Shown here piece after piece: positions 12,521 through 48,537 of a DNA stretch of 64,000 nt. The notes under the pieces were generated by a model. That model did no database searches. It saw only the letters and a list, made by a program, of their open reading frames with translations, and was not told the DNA's origin. The stretch is from Malacoraja senta (lineage: Eukaryota). The stretch covers positions 5,148,001 through 5,212,000 of the forward strand of contig CM075997.1 in assembly GCA_038087875.1 (NCBI GenBank), read 5' to 3'. Positions within the stretch are counted from its first letter, which is position 1, and the number at the start of each line of letters is the position of its first letter. The translations under genes and the position numbers were made by a program.

Positions 12521-13260
12521 TGTGGAGGCAGATATGTAGGTGGCATTTAAGAGGCTTTTAGATAGGCACATGGATATGGATCACGTGCAGGCAGAGGAGG
12601 CTGGTTTTTCTTGGCATCATGTTCAGCACAGACATTGTGGGCCGAAGGGCCTGTTCCTGTGCTGTACTGTTCTCTGTTCAGGCTGATCTGTAGAGACACG
12701 ACGAAGGAGCAGGATTCGAGATGTATTCAAGAGTTAGATTTAGCTCTTGGGGCTAACGGTATCAAGGGATATGGGGAGAAAGTACTGATTGTGGATGATC
12801 AGCCACGATCATATTGAATTGTGGGGCAGGCTCGAAGGGCCGAATGGCCTACTCCTGTCTCCCTCTCCCCTGACCTTCAGTCTACAGAAGGGTCTCGACC
12901 CGAAATGTCACCCATTCCTTCTCCCCAGAGATGCCGCCTGTCCCAGCTGAGTTACTCCAGCATTTTGTGTCTACCTCCGATGGAACCCAGCATCTGCAGT
13001 TCCTTCCTACTCATTTCTCTCATGGGGAATATCCTCACGTTCAGGACACGGTTATTTATCTCACTTCACCCATTGCCAACACGGAGGGCTGGGAGTGACG
13101 AGGAGGGAGGATGAGAAGCCAGGAGGCCGTGTTCTCCTCACCAACCCCAGCGTTAGAAGCGACCGGCCGCTCCCGACAGACGAGGATTTGTACTCAGTTC
13201 TTCAGGCGTTCAACAACGCTGGATCCAGCTGCGGCTGTTTGTTGTATATATATATTGCTA

Positions 13261-13281
13261 AATAAAGCTCACTTTTTTATT
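13261..13281. terminator. Candidate poly(A) signals for the convergent RASGRP4 (+, AATAAA 13261-13266) and FAM98C (-, AATAAA 13281-13276) genes
   Basis: aataaagctcacttttttatt in a non-repetitive island between the two stop codons. Confidence 0.45.
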
Positions 13282-13604
13282 CTGTAGCAGCGAAGACGCT
13301 TGCTGGAAGGACTCGGTGGGTCGTACAACATCTGTGGGGGGCGGGGGTGGGGGATTGTCGATGTTTTGGGTTGAAACCCTCCAGAGTGGAAATAAGCAGG
13401 ATAAATGGCTCAGCGGTAGAGTTGCTGCCTCACAGTGCCAGAGACCCGGGTTCGATCCTAACTACGGGTGCTGTCTGTACGGAGTTTGTACCTTCTCCCC
13501 GTGACTGTGGGTTTTCTGCAGGTGCTCCGGGTTCCCCCACACCCCAAAGACGTGCAGGTTTGTGAGGGTTCGGCTTTGTAGCTGGTGTTATGCCCCACTC
13601 TGTC

Positions 13605-14219
13605 ACAGTGAGAGAGACACAGAGAGAGACAGAAAGAGACAGAGATGAGTGACAGAGAGAGACACAGAGAGACACACAGAAAGAGACACAGAGAGACAGA
13701 GAGAGAGACACAGACGCAGGGAGAGAGAGATAGAGAGAGAGACAGAGAGAAAGACACAGAGAGACAGAGACAGAGAGAGAGAGAGAGACACAGAGAGAGA
13801 GACAGAGAGAGAGAGAGAGACAGAGAGACATTGTCTTACACCACTGATAATTCTTGCAAACCTCAGACATAAAGTCTGGAATCTCCCCTCCAAAAGAAAT
13901 CTCCATCCAGAACCAGGGAACGTTATTTTAATTTTATTTAAAAATAAAAATAATGTGTTTGCGCTCACAGCCGAGTCCCAGCAAATATTCACCCCCCCCA
14001 CCCCCACCCCCACCCCCCCCCCCCAAAATCACATAATTAATTGTCATTTACATATAGAAACTTTGCAAACTGTTCCCTCCTTATCGAGGCTCCAGTGTCG
14101 GAACCGTAACACCAGATGTAGATGTGGAGAGGCAACGTAACACTGCGATGGCACCGTCCAGGATTAGTGCTTGGGGGGGGGGGGGAGAGAGAGAGAGAGA
14201 GACAGAGAGAGAGAGAGAG

Positions 14220-14306
<87 letters not shown>

Positions 14307-14409
14307 GAGAGAGAGAGACAGAGAGACAGAGAGAGAGACACACAGAGAGAGACACACAGAGAGAGACAGAGAGAGACAGACAGAGAGAGACAGACAGAGA
14401 GAGACAGAC

Positions 14410-14440
<31 letters not shown>

Positions 14441-14861
14441 GACACACAGAGACAGAGAGAGAGCGAGAGAGAGACAGAGACAGAGAGAGACAGAGACAGA
14501 GAGACACAGAGAGAGAGAGACAGAGAGAGAGAGATGGGCCTGTCCCACTTAGCGATTTTTTAGGCAACTGCCGGCGACTGTCAGTCATAGCAGGTCGCAG
14601 AAAAACTGGCGACAACCTACGTCATCCTGGCGACAACCTACGACAGCACCTACGTCAGGAGATGTCAAGCTACGCTCATTGGTATCAAGCCCACTGTCGC
14701 CGAACATGTTGAAAATTTAGTCGCGACCAGAAAGACGCTCTACGCCTTTTTGCGCGACTGAGGAGACGACACCCGGCAACCACCGGCGAACATGGCGACA
14801 AACTAGTAGCCTGTAGTTGCCTAAAAAATCGCCTAAGTGGGACAGGCCCATGAGAGAGAGA

Positions 14862-14898
<37 letters not shown>

Positions 14899-15125
14899 TG
14901 AGTGAATGAGTGAGAGAGAGAGTGAGAGAAATACAGAGACAGACAGAGAGAGATATGGAGACAGAGAGATACACACAGTGAGAGAGACAGACAGACAGAG
15001 GGAGTGACAGAGAGACCGAAGACAGAGAATGAGACAGACAGACAGAGGGAGAAATACAAAGAGAAGAGAAAAAGAGGGAGAGACAGGATGAGAGAGCAAG
15101 AGAGACAAAAGAGAGACAGACACAC
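13605..15125. repeat. Compound (GA)n/(GACA)n microsatellite blocks (13605-13830, 14186-14533, 14852-15125)
   Basis: Direct reading. Confidence 0.95.
14534..14851. mobile_element. MITE with ~37-bp TIRs inserted in a (GA)n microsatellite
   Basis: ATGGGCCTGTCCCACTTA(G)GCGATTTTTTAGGCAACT inverted at both ends (one indel). Confidence 0.88.
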
Positions 15126-15992
15126 ACCCAGCAATTGCCCCTTGTGGGTACAAATATCACCTTCCACCAAACACCCTCCCCGACCCACACACCCAACACA
15201 AGAGCAAAATGCCGATCCAGGGCTCAGTTATTGTTTGCGAGGCTCCGTGAAGCAGGCGAGCGGAAGCCTGATAAATCCACGCTGTGTGCAGTGTTGCTGT
15301 TGCCGAGGGCAGCCACAATTAGACGGCTGGTGGGGAGGGGAGCTGGGACTCGAGGGACAACTCAGCCACAGCTCCCTGCGTTTTCACCAGCCCCACTGTC
15401 TACCCTCTTCGAGGACAGACACAGAAAGCTGGAGTAACTCAGCGGGACAGGCAGCATCTCTGGCGAGAAGGAACGGGTGACGTTTCGGGTCGAGACCCAT
15501 CGTTTGAAGAAGGATCTTGACCTGTTGCTTCACTGTCTGTATAACTTGCTATCACCTATCCCACAGCCAACAATGGACCATTGTGGGCTCCACTTTTCCA
15601 TGATTACCATTGCTTTCTGCATATCTTTCATTCATTTCTCTGAAGTACTGTCTATATATCTCTCATTCCCCTTCTCCCTGACTCCCTGACTCACATTCCT
15701 TCTCTCCAGAGATGCTGCCTGTCCCGCTGAGTTACTCCAGCATGTTGTGTCTATCTTCGGTGTGAAGCAGCATCTGCAGTTCCTTCTTGCACACTTGGTC
15801 ATCTCCGTGCGGCGGGGGGGGGGGGGGGGAATGAGCAGCGGAGTTACAGCGGTCCCACCCGCCGCATTGTGGCTCCACACACAGAGCAGACGGGGAGGAG
15901 GTGCACTGCTCCGTCCGGGAATACCGCCACCATCCACGGCCTTCCCACACGGAGCCCGCCACTCCTCTACAGAGGGGGGGGAGGCGAGGCTG

Positions 15993-39752
<23,760 letters not shown>

Positions 39753-39762
39753 CTCCCCGCGG

Positions 39763-40312
39763 ACTTCCGCTCTACCCGCACACTTCCCGGTGCCGCGCCG
39801 GCTGCGCCCCTCCCCCCCCCCGACCGTGCACGGAGTGTGTGAGCCCCGCCCCCTCCCCTCAATGCCCCCTCGCCGCCCCGCCCCTTTACTGCCCCGCCCC
39901 TCACTGCCCCGCCCCTCCCCCTCACTGCTCCGCCCCTCCCCCTCACTGCCCCGCCCCCTCACTGCCCCGCCCCTCCCCCTCACTGCTCCGCCCCTCCCCC
40001 TCACTGCCCCGCCCCCTCACTGCCCCGCCCTCCCCTCACTGCCCCGCCCCCTCACTGCCCCGCCCCTCCCCCTCACTGCCCCGCCCCTCCCCTCACTGCC
40101 CCGCCCCCTCAGCCCGCCCCTCCCCTCACTTGCCCCGCCCCTCCCCCTCACTGCCCCGCCCCCTCACTGCCCCGCCCCTCCCCCTCACTGCTCCGGCCCC
40201 TCCCCCTCACTGCCCCGCCCCTCCCCCTCACTGCCCCGCCCCTCCCCCTCACTGCCCCGCCCCTCCCCCTCACTGCCCTCCCCCTCACTGCCCCGCCCCT
40301 CCCCTCACTGCC
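39763..40312 (-). promoter_or_regulatory. FAM98C promoter: ETS-like sites plus tandem GC-box (Sp/KLF) minisatellite
   Basis: GCGGAAGT (39763-39770) and CCGGGAAGT (39782-39790) on the - strand just 5' of the ATG; 39844-40312 is a tandem array of 15-21 bp CCCCGCCCC(TCCCC)CTCACTG units. Confidence 0.6.
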
Positions 40313-41377
40313 CCTTCTTCAAACTGAGAGTCGGGGGTGGGGGAGACACAGAGATAAGGAAGGGTGAGGCGTGAAAACCAGACATCAAAGGGACAAAGTT
40401 CAAGGAAAATGGAGTATTGCTGATTGTCAATAGCTGGACAACGAAGCAGACAAAGATAACAATTCCTTTTCATTAGAACAGTATAGCAATGTTACAAAAT
40501 TTTGATATTTTAAAAATCAAGTCTAATTTATCCCATCAGATAAAGCATAAAAAGAAGTTTAATTTGACACCTAATTCACTTTCCTATCTTCAGTAAAAAG
40601 TTATGGCCATTTTCATACTCGGAAATTAGCATCTTGTTCCCTATTGCTTTTCCATTGACTTAACAAAAGCTGTGATCGAGGACAGTTAAAACCACATAAC
40701 TTTCTTAAAAATTAAGAGAACTGAAAGAAATTTTCAGTTATTATAGATTGAAGCATTCTGAAACAAATATGAAACAAATCTTACTTAGATGACATGAAAT
40801 TAAAGCATATAATTAGTTAGTTACCTAATTGTAGCTAATTACAAAATTCAATTACAGATCTAAACATCTATCAATTTCTTAAGAATAGATTAACATTTTT
40901 AAATAGCCTAAGTGTCCAAATAACATTCACACAATAATTCACAATATAACATAATTTTTAAATCTCATTTTCATGAATTTACAGGCCAAATGGAAGGAAT
41001 TGAATGTTTAATACCTGTAAATTAATGGGCATTTAAATCATCTTGTGAGTGAGGATTTCTGGAACGCGATCTTTTGGAACGTTCATTTGCGGTGAATTTA
41101 ACCCCGTATTGGCATGAAAAATACTGCCGTTAATTCGGGGAATAAAATCACCGTGTCGCATGAAAAAATGTGAATTAAAGGCTTCTTAAGAAGCACTTTT
41201 ATTAATAAAATAAACGGCTTTCGTTTACCTGTCCTGTGCGTGAAATCTGTCCCCGTTGTCGGCATTGACGGCTTTAGAAGCTGATTTTAAAATAACTCCA
41301 GCGCTGAAATTGTCGGGCGAATTTAAAAAAAAAATACACAGAACGCCCGTCGGAACGATTTCTTCAGCAAAAGCTTG

Positions 41378-41577
41378 NNNNNNNNNNNNNNNNNNNNNNN
41401 NNNNNNNNNNNNNNNNNNNNNNNNNNNNNNNNNNNNNNNNNNNNNNNNNNNNNNNNNNNNNNNNNNNNNNNNNNNNNNNNNNNNNNNNNNNNNNNNNNNN
41501 NNNNNNNNNNNNNNNNNNNNNNNNNNNNNNNNNNNNNNNNNNNNNNNNNNNNNNNNNNNNNNNNNNNNNNNNNNNNN
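41378..41577. other. Assembly gap (200 N)
   Basis: Run of n; true size unknown. Confidence 1.
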
Positions 41578-42519
41578 GTAGGTGTGTGGGGGGAGGGGAG
41601 AGGTGTGTGGGGGGAGGGGGTAGGTGTGTGGGGGAGGGGGGTAGATGGTGGGGGGGGGAGAGGGGTGGGTGTGGGGGGGGGTGGAGTTTGGGACAGGAGG
41701 GGGGGGCATGTGATGGGGAGCGCGGTTGAACTTTAGCCTTTACTGTTTACTAAAGGGTTTAGACTTTACAGTGAAGTTGACTGTGACCTTTAGACTTTAC
41801 TTTTGCCGAGGTAGGATTCGGGTTTTGTGGTTTGGTTCCAAGAACCCGATAGATTTAACTTCAGACTATAGAGATGCAGTGCAGCCAACAGGCCCTTCGG
41901 CCCACCGAGTTCCGTGCCGACCAGCGCTCCCCACACACTGGCCCTTTCATACTAGGAACAATTTATAATTTTTACTAAAGACAATTAACCTACAAATCTA
42001 TACATCTTTGGAGTGTGGGAGGGAACCGGAACACCCGGAGAAAACCCAGGCAGGTCACCGGGGAGAACGTGCAAACTCCGTACAGACAGCACCCGTAGTC
42101 AGGGTGGAACCCAGGTCTCTGGTGCTGTGAGGCAGCAACTCTACTGCTGCGCTACTGTGCTGGTTGACTCCCCAAGCTTGATGTGCCTGGCCATCTGGTT
42201 TAGCACCCTAACGCAGGACAAGGAGACTTGGGAAGGATCTGAAAGCCCAGGTGATTGGGATGCTGTAAGGGACGATCAAGGAGGCTGCAGCGCAAAGCTG
42301 GCCTTGTATGCTTTGGGCCAAGATACCATGGATTTGGAAGGCAACACTGCAGTGAAGTAACCCCAGCCTCACTCTCTCACGCACCCTTTAGTACGGGTGT
42401 CAGGGGTTATGGAGAGAAGGCAGCAGACTGGGGTTGAGAGGAGAGGATAGATCAGCCATGGTTGAATGGCGGAGTAGACTTGATGGGCCAAATAGCCTAA
42501 TTCTGCTCCTATCGCTTAT

Positions 42520-45385
42520 AACCTTCCAGAGCAGCTACTATGTGGAACCTTGTCGAATGCTTTACTGAAATCCATGTACACAACATCTATAGCCTGCCCT
42601 CATCAACCTTTTTGGTCACGTCTTCAAAAAATCGATGAGATTGGTGAGACACGACCTCCACGTACAAAACCATGCTGACTATCCCTAATCAGCCCCTTGT
42701 CCATCCAAATGCCTGGATAACCTATCCCTCAGAATACTCTCCAGTAACTTTACCAACTACAGATGTTAAGCTCACCAGGCCTATAGTTCCCAGCATTTTC
42801 CCTGCAGCTATTTTTGAAAAGAGGTACAACATTTGCACCCTCCAGTCTTCGGCACCTCTCCTGTATTTAAAGTTGACTTTTAAATTTCAACCAGGACTCC
42901 CGCAATTTCCTCTCTAGTTTCCCACAATGTCCTCGGATATATCAGGTCAGGCCCTGGAGATTTGTCTACCTTACCAGTACCCTCAGTACTTCTTCGAAGT
43001 AACACTGACTGCTCTCTAGACACTTCCAGTGACTGCTCCAATTTCCTCCATCCTACTGTCTTTCTCCTCAGTAAATACAGAGGAGAAATACTCATTGAGG
43101 ACCTTTGCCCATCTCCTGTGGCTCCACACAGAGGTGACCGCTTTGATTCCTGAGAGGTCCCTCTCTCTCTCTCTAGTTACACTTTCCCACTTATGTATTT
43201 ATAATATCTTTTGGGATTGTCCTTAATGCTGCCCGCCAGAGCTATCTCCTGGCCCCTTTTTGCCCTTTTGATCTTTTTCAGTTTACTCCTTATTCCGAAA
43301 CCCCTCCAGGGATGCACTTGATCCCAGCTGCCAATACCTGTCCCATGCATCCTTCTTGTTTTTGACTAACGCCTCAATTTCCCTCGTCAGCCAAGCTTCC
43401 TTACGTTTGCCTGCTTTGCCCTTCACTCTAACGGGACGTACACATCCTGAGCTTTCTTCAGTCCACTTTTAAATACATCCCACTTGGCTGATGTTCCCTG
43501 TCCCCTCTAATAACCTGCTCCAGTCAACTTGAGCGAGACCTTCTCTCATACCCTCAAAGTTGGCCTTACCCCAGTTGAGCATTTTAACATGTGGACAGTC
43601 TCCGTCCCGATCCATAACTATCTTAAACCTAAATGAACTGTGGTCATTGGTCCCAAAAGGCTCTTCCACACACACTATGTTAACTTGCCCTTCCCAATTT
43701 CCCAATACTAGATCCAGCGTCGCCCTCTCACGTGTGGGGCCTCCACATACTGTTTAAGAAAACTCTACTTAACACTATTGAGGAATTGCATCCCATCTAA
43801 ACCCTTCACACTATGATTTTCCCAATCTATAATGGGAAAGTTGAACCCCTACTCCAACAACCTTATTTGACCTGCAGCTGTCTGCAATCTCCCGGCACAT
43901 TTGTTCTTCTAATTCCGTTGACTATTTGGGGGTCTGTAGTACACCCCCCCTCAACAAGGTGATCTCCCTTTCTTGTTCCTCAGCTCCATCCATATAGCCT
44001 CACTAGACGAACCGTCTGTGATGTCACCTCTGAACACAGCCGTGACATCTTCCTTAACCAGCAATGCACCCCCCCCCCCTTTTTTCCCTCACCCCTCTGT
44101 CTCCTGAAGTTCCTGTACCCCGGAACATTGAGCTGCCACCTGCCCCTTCCTTAACCAGGTTTCAGTCATTGCTACAACATCCCAATCGCTCGTACCTATC
44201 CACGCCCTAAGCTCATCTGCCTTACCCGTCAGGCCCCTTGCATTATAATATGTGCAGTTTAAACCAACCCTCCTTCCTCGCTCTCTGCCTTTCACCTACC
44301 TATTCTCTCCACTAACCTTCCCCACACCACCCTCCATACCAACTTCTAGCCTCTCGTGTGCCTCTGTCCTGTACGAGATCCCACCCCCCTGCCAATCTAG
44401 TTTAAACCCTCCCGTGTAGCATTAGCAAACCTGCCCGCTAGAATGTTGGTCCCCCTCCAGTTAAGGTGCGACCCGTCCCTTTTGTACAGGTCACCCCTGC
44501 CCCAGAAGAGATCCCAATGATCCAGAAATCTAAATCCCTGCCCCTGCACCAACTTCTCAACCACACATTAATTTCCCCTCTCTACCTGCTCTTATCTTCA
44601 CTAGTACGAAATAATGGAAGCAATCCTGAGATCACGACCCTGCTGGTCCTGCCTTTCAGTCTTTTACCCAATTCCGTAAACACGTGTTGCAGAACCTCCT
44701 TCCTCTTCCTCTTCCAACCTGTATCGTTCGTGCCAACGTCCACAACAACCTCCGTCTGCTCCCCCTCACTCATGATGCGATGCAGTCACTCGGAGACGTC
44801 CTGGACCCTGGCACCAGGGAGGCAACACCATCGTGGAGTCTTGCCTGCTGCCGCAGAATCTCCTGTCCGCACCTCTGCCAACTTATTCATGCCTACCATA
44901 TTCTGTTGTGCTGAAGCAAAGCAAAAATTTCATTGTCCTTTCTGGGACGCATGACAATAAACTCTCTTGAATCTTGACGATGGTGTCTCCCACCACTACG
45001 GCTCTGCCTGACGTCACTCTTCCCCGTTGAGCCTCGGGATGGAGTCACAGCCCTGGCTCTCACTCAATCTTGTTGTGTTGTCCGCTCCGACAGCTCCCAA
45101 GTGAGTGTACCTGTTTTCAATAGGTACAGCCACCGGGGGCTCCTGCACTCCATGTTTACTTCTCCTCCTTATTGTCGCCCACCTTTGCTCTTCCTGTATC
45201 CTCGGTGTGACAACCTCACTGTAGGTCTTGTCCAGGAAAGGCTCGTTATCCTGGATGGTCCCGAGGTCATCCAGCTGCTGCTCCAGTTCCCTAACGGGTT
45301 CATTCAGGAGCTGCACCCGGACACTATTTCCGCAGGTGTCATTGTCCGAAGCACCAGCAATATCCCTGACTTCCCACATCCTGCA
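42520..45385 (-). mobile_element. CR1 LINE 5' portion: ORF1 (coiled coil plus SGNH esterase) and ORF2 APE endonuclease/RT start, degenerate
   Basis: MWEVRD...VRELEQQLDDL (ORF1 N-terminus), VVVDVGTND...RVVISGLLP (esterase), YYNARGLTGKADEL...DVVAMTETWL and GTNDHSSFRF (APE), DKSPGPDLIYPR. Confidence 0.88.
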
Positions 45386-45835
45386 GGACTATATCTCCCT
45401 GCCCACCTCCATTTCCAATTCTCCTGCCACCCACCCACCTACACACCAGGAGAGACTCAGATGGCCAATTTACCAACCAATCCACAGTGTGGTATAGTGT
45501 GGGAACAGGCCCGTCAACCCAACTTGCCCACACGACCAACATGCCCCATCTACTCCAATCCCACCTGCCTGCATGTGGCCCATATCTCTCCATGCCTATT
45601 CTATCCATGTACCTGTCCAAATGTATTTTAAACATTGTGATAGCACCTGCCTCAACGACCGCCACTGGCAGCTCATTCCATACACCAACCACCCGCTAAG
45701 TAAAATAAAAACTTGCCCCTTGGTTTCCCATTAAATATTCCCTCCATGAAGAAAATCCAATGTCCTTGCCTAACTGAGCCTGTACGTGACTGTAGACCCA
45801 CCATGGTAGTTCACTCTTGATTACTTCCTCAGTAA

Positions 45836-46137
45836 GGACGGCACATTGGCGCAGCGGTAGAGTTGCTGCCTCACAGCGCCAGAGACCCGGGTTCGATCCC
45901 GACTACGGGTGCTGTCTGTACGGAGTTTGTACCTTCTCCCCGTGACCTGCGTGGGTTTTCTCAAAGATCTTCGGTTTCCTCCCACACCCCAAAGACGTAC
46001 AGGTTTGTAGGTTGATTGGCTTGGTGTAAATGTAAAATTGTCCCTAGTGTGTGTGGGATAGTGTTAGTGTGCGGGGATCGCTGGTCGGGGCAGACTCGGT
46101 GGGCCGAAAGGCCTGTCTCTAAACCAAACTAGACTAA
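45836..46137 (+). mobile_element. tRNA-derived V-SINE (HE1-like), near full length; many other copies in the window
   Basis: A-box TGGCGCAGCGG, B-box GGTTCGATCCC, V-domain GGAGTTTGTA..TTCTCCCCGTGACCTGCGTGGGTTTTCTC..GGTTTCCTCCCACA, CR1-like tail GGGCCGAA.GGCCTGT, (CTAAA)n end. Other copies include 21302-21606(-), 27315-27616(-), 33948-34195(+), 41880-42160(-), 57438-57845(+) and 62905-63190(-). Confidence 0.9.
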
Positions 46138-48490
46138 CCTACTGGAGCAATGTTAAGTTTAGTTTATTGCCACGAGTGCCGAGGTACAGTGAAAGCTTTT
46201 GTTGCGTGCTAACCAGTTGGAGAGTTCGATTTAGTTCTTGGGGCTAAAATAATCAAGGGATATGGGGAAAAAGCAGGAATGAGGTAGTGATTTTAGATCA
46301 GCCATGATCATATTGAATAGCGGTGCTGGCTCGAATGGCTGAATAGCCTAATCCTGCACCTATTTTTCTATGTTTCTAACCAGTCAGTAGTAAGACAATA
46401 CATGATTCCAATCGAGCCATTTACAGTGTACAGATGATACATGATTAAGGGAATAGCATGAATAATGTTTAGTGCAAGATAAAGGCAGTAAAGTCCGATC
46501 AAAGATAGTCCGAAGGTCTCCAATGAGGTAGATAGTAGCTCAGGATCACTCTCTAGTTGTGGTTTAGTTGCCTGACAACAGCTGGGAAGAAACTGTCCCT
46601 GAATATGGTGGTGTGTGTTTTCACACTTCTCTACCTTATGCCCGATGGGAGAGGGGAGCAGAGGGAGTGGCCGGGGTGCGACTCGTCCTTGATGATGCTG
46701 CTGGCCTTGCCAAGGTAGCGTGAGGTGTAGATGGAGTCAATGGAAGGGAGGTTGGTTTGTGTGATGGTCTGGGCTGCGTCCATGAATCCCTGCAATTGGG
46801 GGTGGATGAACATTGTCCGTCTTGTCCATCTTCTGGGAACAAATGAAGTTTTTAGAACTCGTTGGCTGCCGAGACCCGGACATCTTTGCTTAAGGTGCAT
46901 TGTCCAAAGTTGCTCCCACATGTCCGGTTCAAAGTGACCGGGCTTTGTACGGTTTCGTTTAGAGTTGATGCTTCCAGTTGCCCCCTTACAGGAAGGAAAT
47001 GGAGGCTTTGGAGAGGTCCCCCCCACCCCAACTCCAAAGACATGCAGGGTTTGATGGGTAATTGGCTGTGGTTAAAAATTGCAAATTGTTGCTAGTGCGT
47101 GTAGGTTAGTGTTAGTGTGGGAGATGATCGCTGGTCGGCGTGGACTCGGTAGGCCGAAAGGCCTGTTTCCGCGCTGTATCTTCAAACTAAACTAAACTAT
47201 TAATGTCAGGACAGTTCTTCTGTTAACGGTCACTGCATCACCAATCAGTGCCATGCACGGACGGTTCTGTGCACGGGAGCCTTTATTAAGGTCAGTAACG
47301 GTCTTCGTCAGGAGGGTGGGAAAGAGATTGGACAAAGGCTGCTCAGAGAAGGGAGCAGGCATTGTGACGTTCAACAACTTGGTGACGGCCCACTTGACCC
47401 AGTTTTTAGCCACTGCCGGCACTGAGCTCGACTGTGAACGTGCAGGTCCGTGTCTGATCTCCAGCGTAAGCAGGGGATGCACTGGCTCCATCCCCCAAAT
47501 CAACGCTTCTCCCTGACCCAGGACAAAGGATTGTGCGTGTGTAAGAAGGAACTGCAGATGTCAGTTTAAACCGAAGATGGACACAGAGCTGGAGTAACTC
47601 AGCGGGACAGGCAGCGTCTCTGGAGAGAAGGAATGGGTGACGTTTTGAGTCTGAAGAAGGATCTCAACTTGAAACGTCACCTGTTCCTTCTCTCCAGAGA
47701 TGCTGCCTGTCCCGCTGAGTTACTCCAGCATTTTGTGTCTATCTTCAGTTTAAACCAGTATCTGCGGTTCCTTCCAACACATGATTACAATCAAGCCATT
47801 TACAGTGTACATGATAAGGGAATAATGTTAAGTGCAAGGATCGTCCCTCGGGCTGGGGCGGTGCAGCCTGCTTGCAAATGTTCCAGAACCTGTCTTGATT
47901 TTTCCTTTGGCTGCTGGCTTATCCCACGATGGTTTGTTCAATTATATTCTCATTAAAATTTACAGTTTAAGACTAAGCGGTAGGCCATTTAGGACTGAGA
48001 TGAGGAAACACTTTTTCACCCAGACAGTTGTGAATCTGTGGAAATCCCTGCCACAGAAGGCAGTGGAGGCCAATTCACTGGATGTTTCCAAGAGTTAGAT
48101 TTAGCTCTTGGGACTAACTGAATCAAGGGATATGGGGAGAAAGCAGGAACGGGGTATTGATTGTGGATGATCATCCGTGATCACATTGAATGGCGGTGCT
48201 GGCTCAAAGGGCTGAATGGCCAACTACTGCACCTATTTTCTAAGTTTCTATGACATTTATAGTTTAGAGATACACCGAGTCCGTGCCGACCAGCGATCCC
48301 TGCGCACTAGCACTATCCGACACACACTAGGGACAATTTGCATTTATACCAAAGCAAATTAACCAACAAGCCTGTACGTTTTTTTTTCTAATATGTAAAT
48401 ACTGTTTCTGTTCTGTAGTTTTTGCACAACCCCGCAGGCATTGCCACTTCCATTTCACTACACATCTTGTATGTGTATGTGACAAATAAA

Positions 48491-48537
48491 CTTGACTTGA
48501 CTTGACTTGACTTGACTTGACTTGACTTGACTTGACT
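48491..48537. repeat. (CTTGA)n tail of a short Rex1-type 3' end inserted in a V-SINE
   Basis: GTGACAAATAAA followed by nine CTTGA units. Confidence 0.75.

Noticed and set aside
39790..40374. Proline-rich extensin-like ORFs
   Set aside because: Translation of the GC-box promoter minisatellite.
45841..45910. tRNA-like A/B boxes
   Set aside because: These are SINE heads continuing into a V-domain and LINE-like tail, not tRNA genes.
47192..47516. Unique island with 87-103 aa ORFs on both strands
   Set aside because: No recognisable domain, no convincing splice-site pair, and no resemblance to the ARHGAP11 N-terminus.
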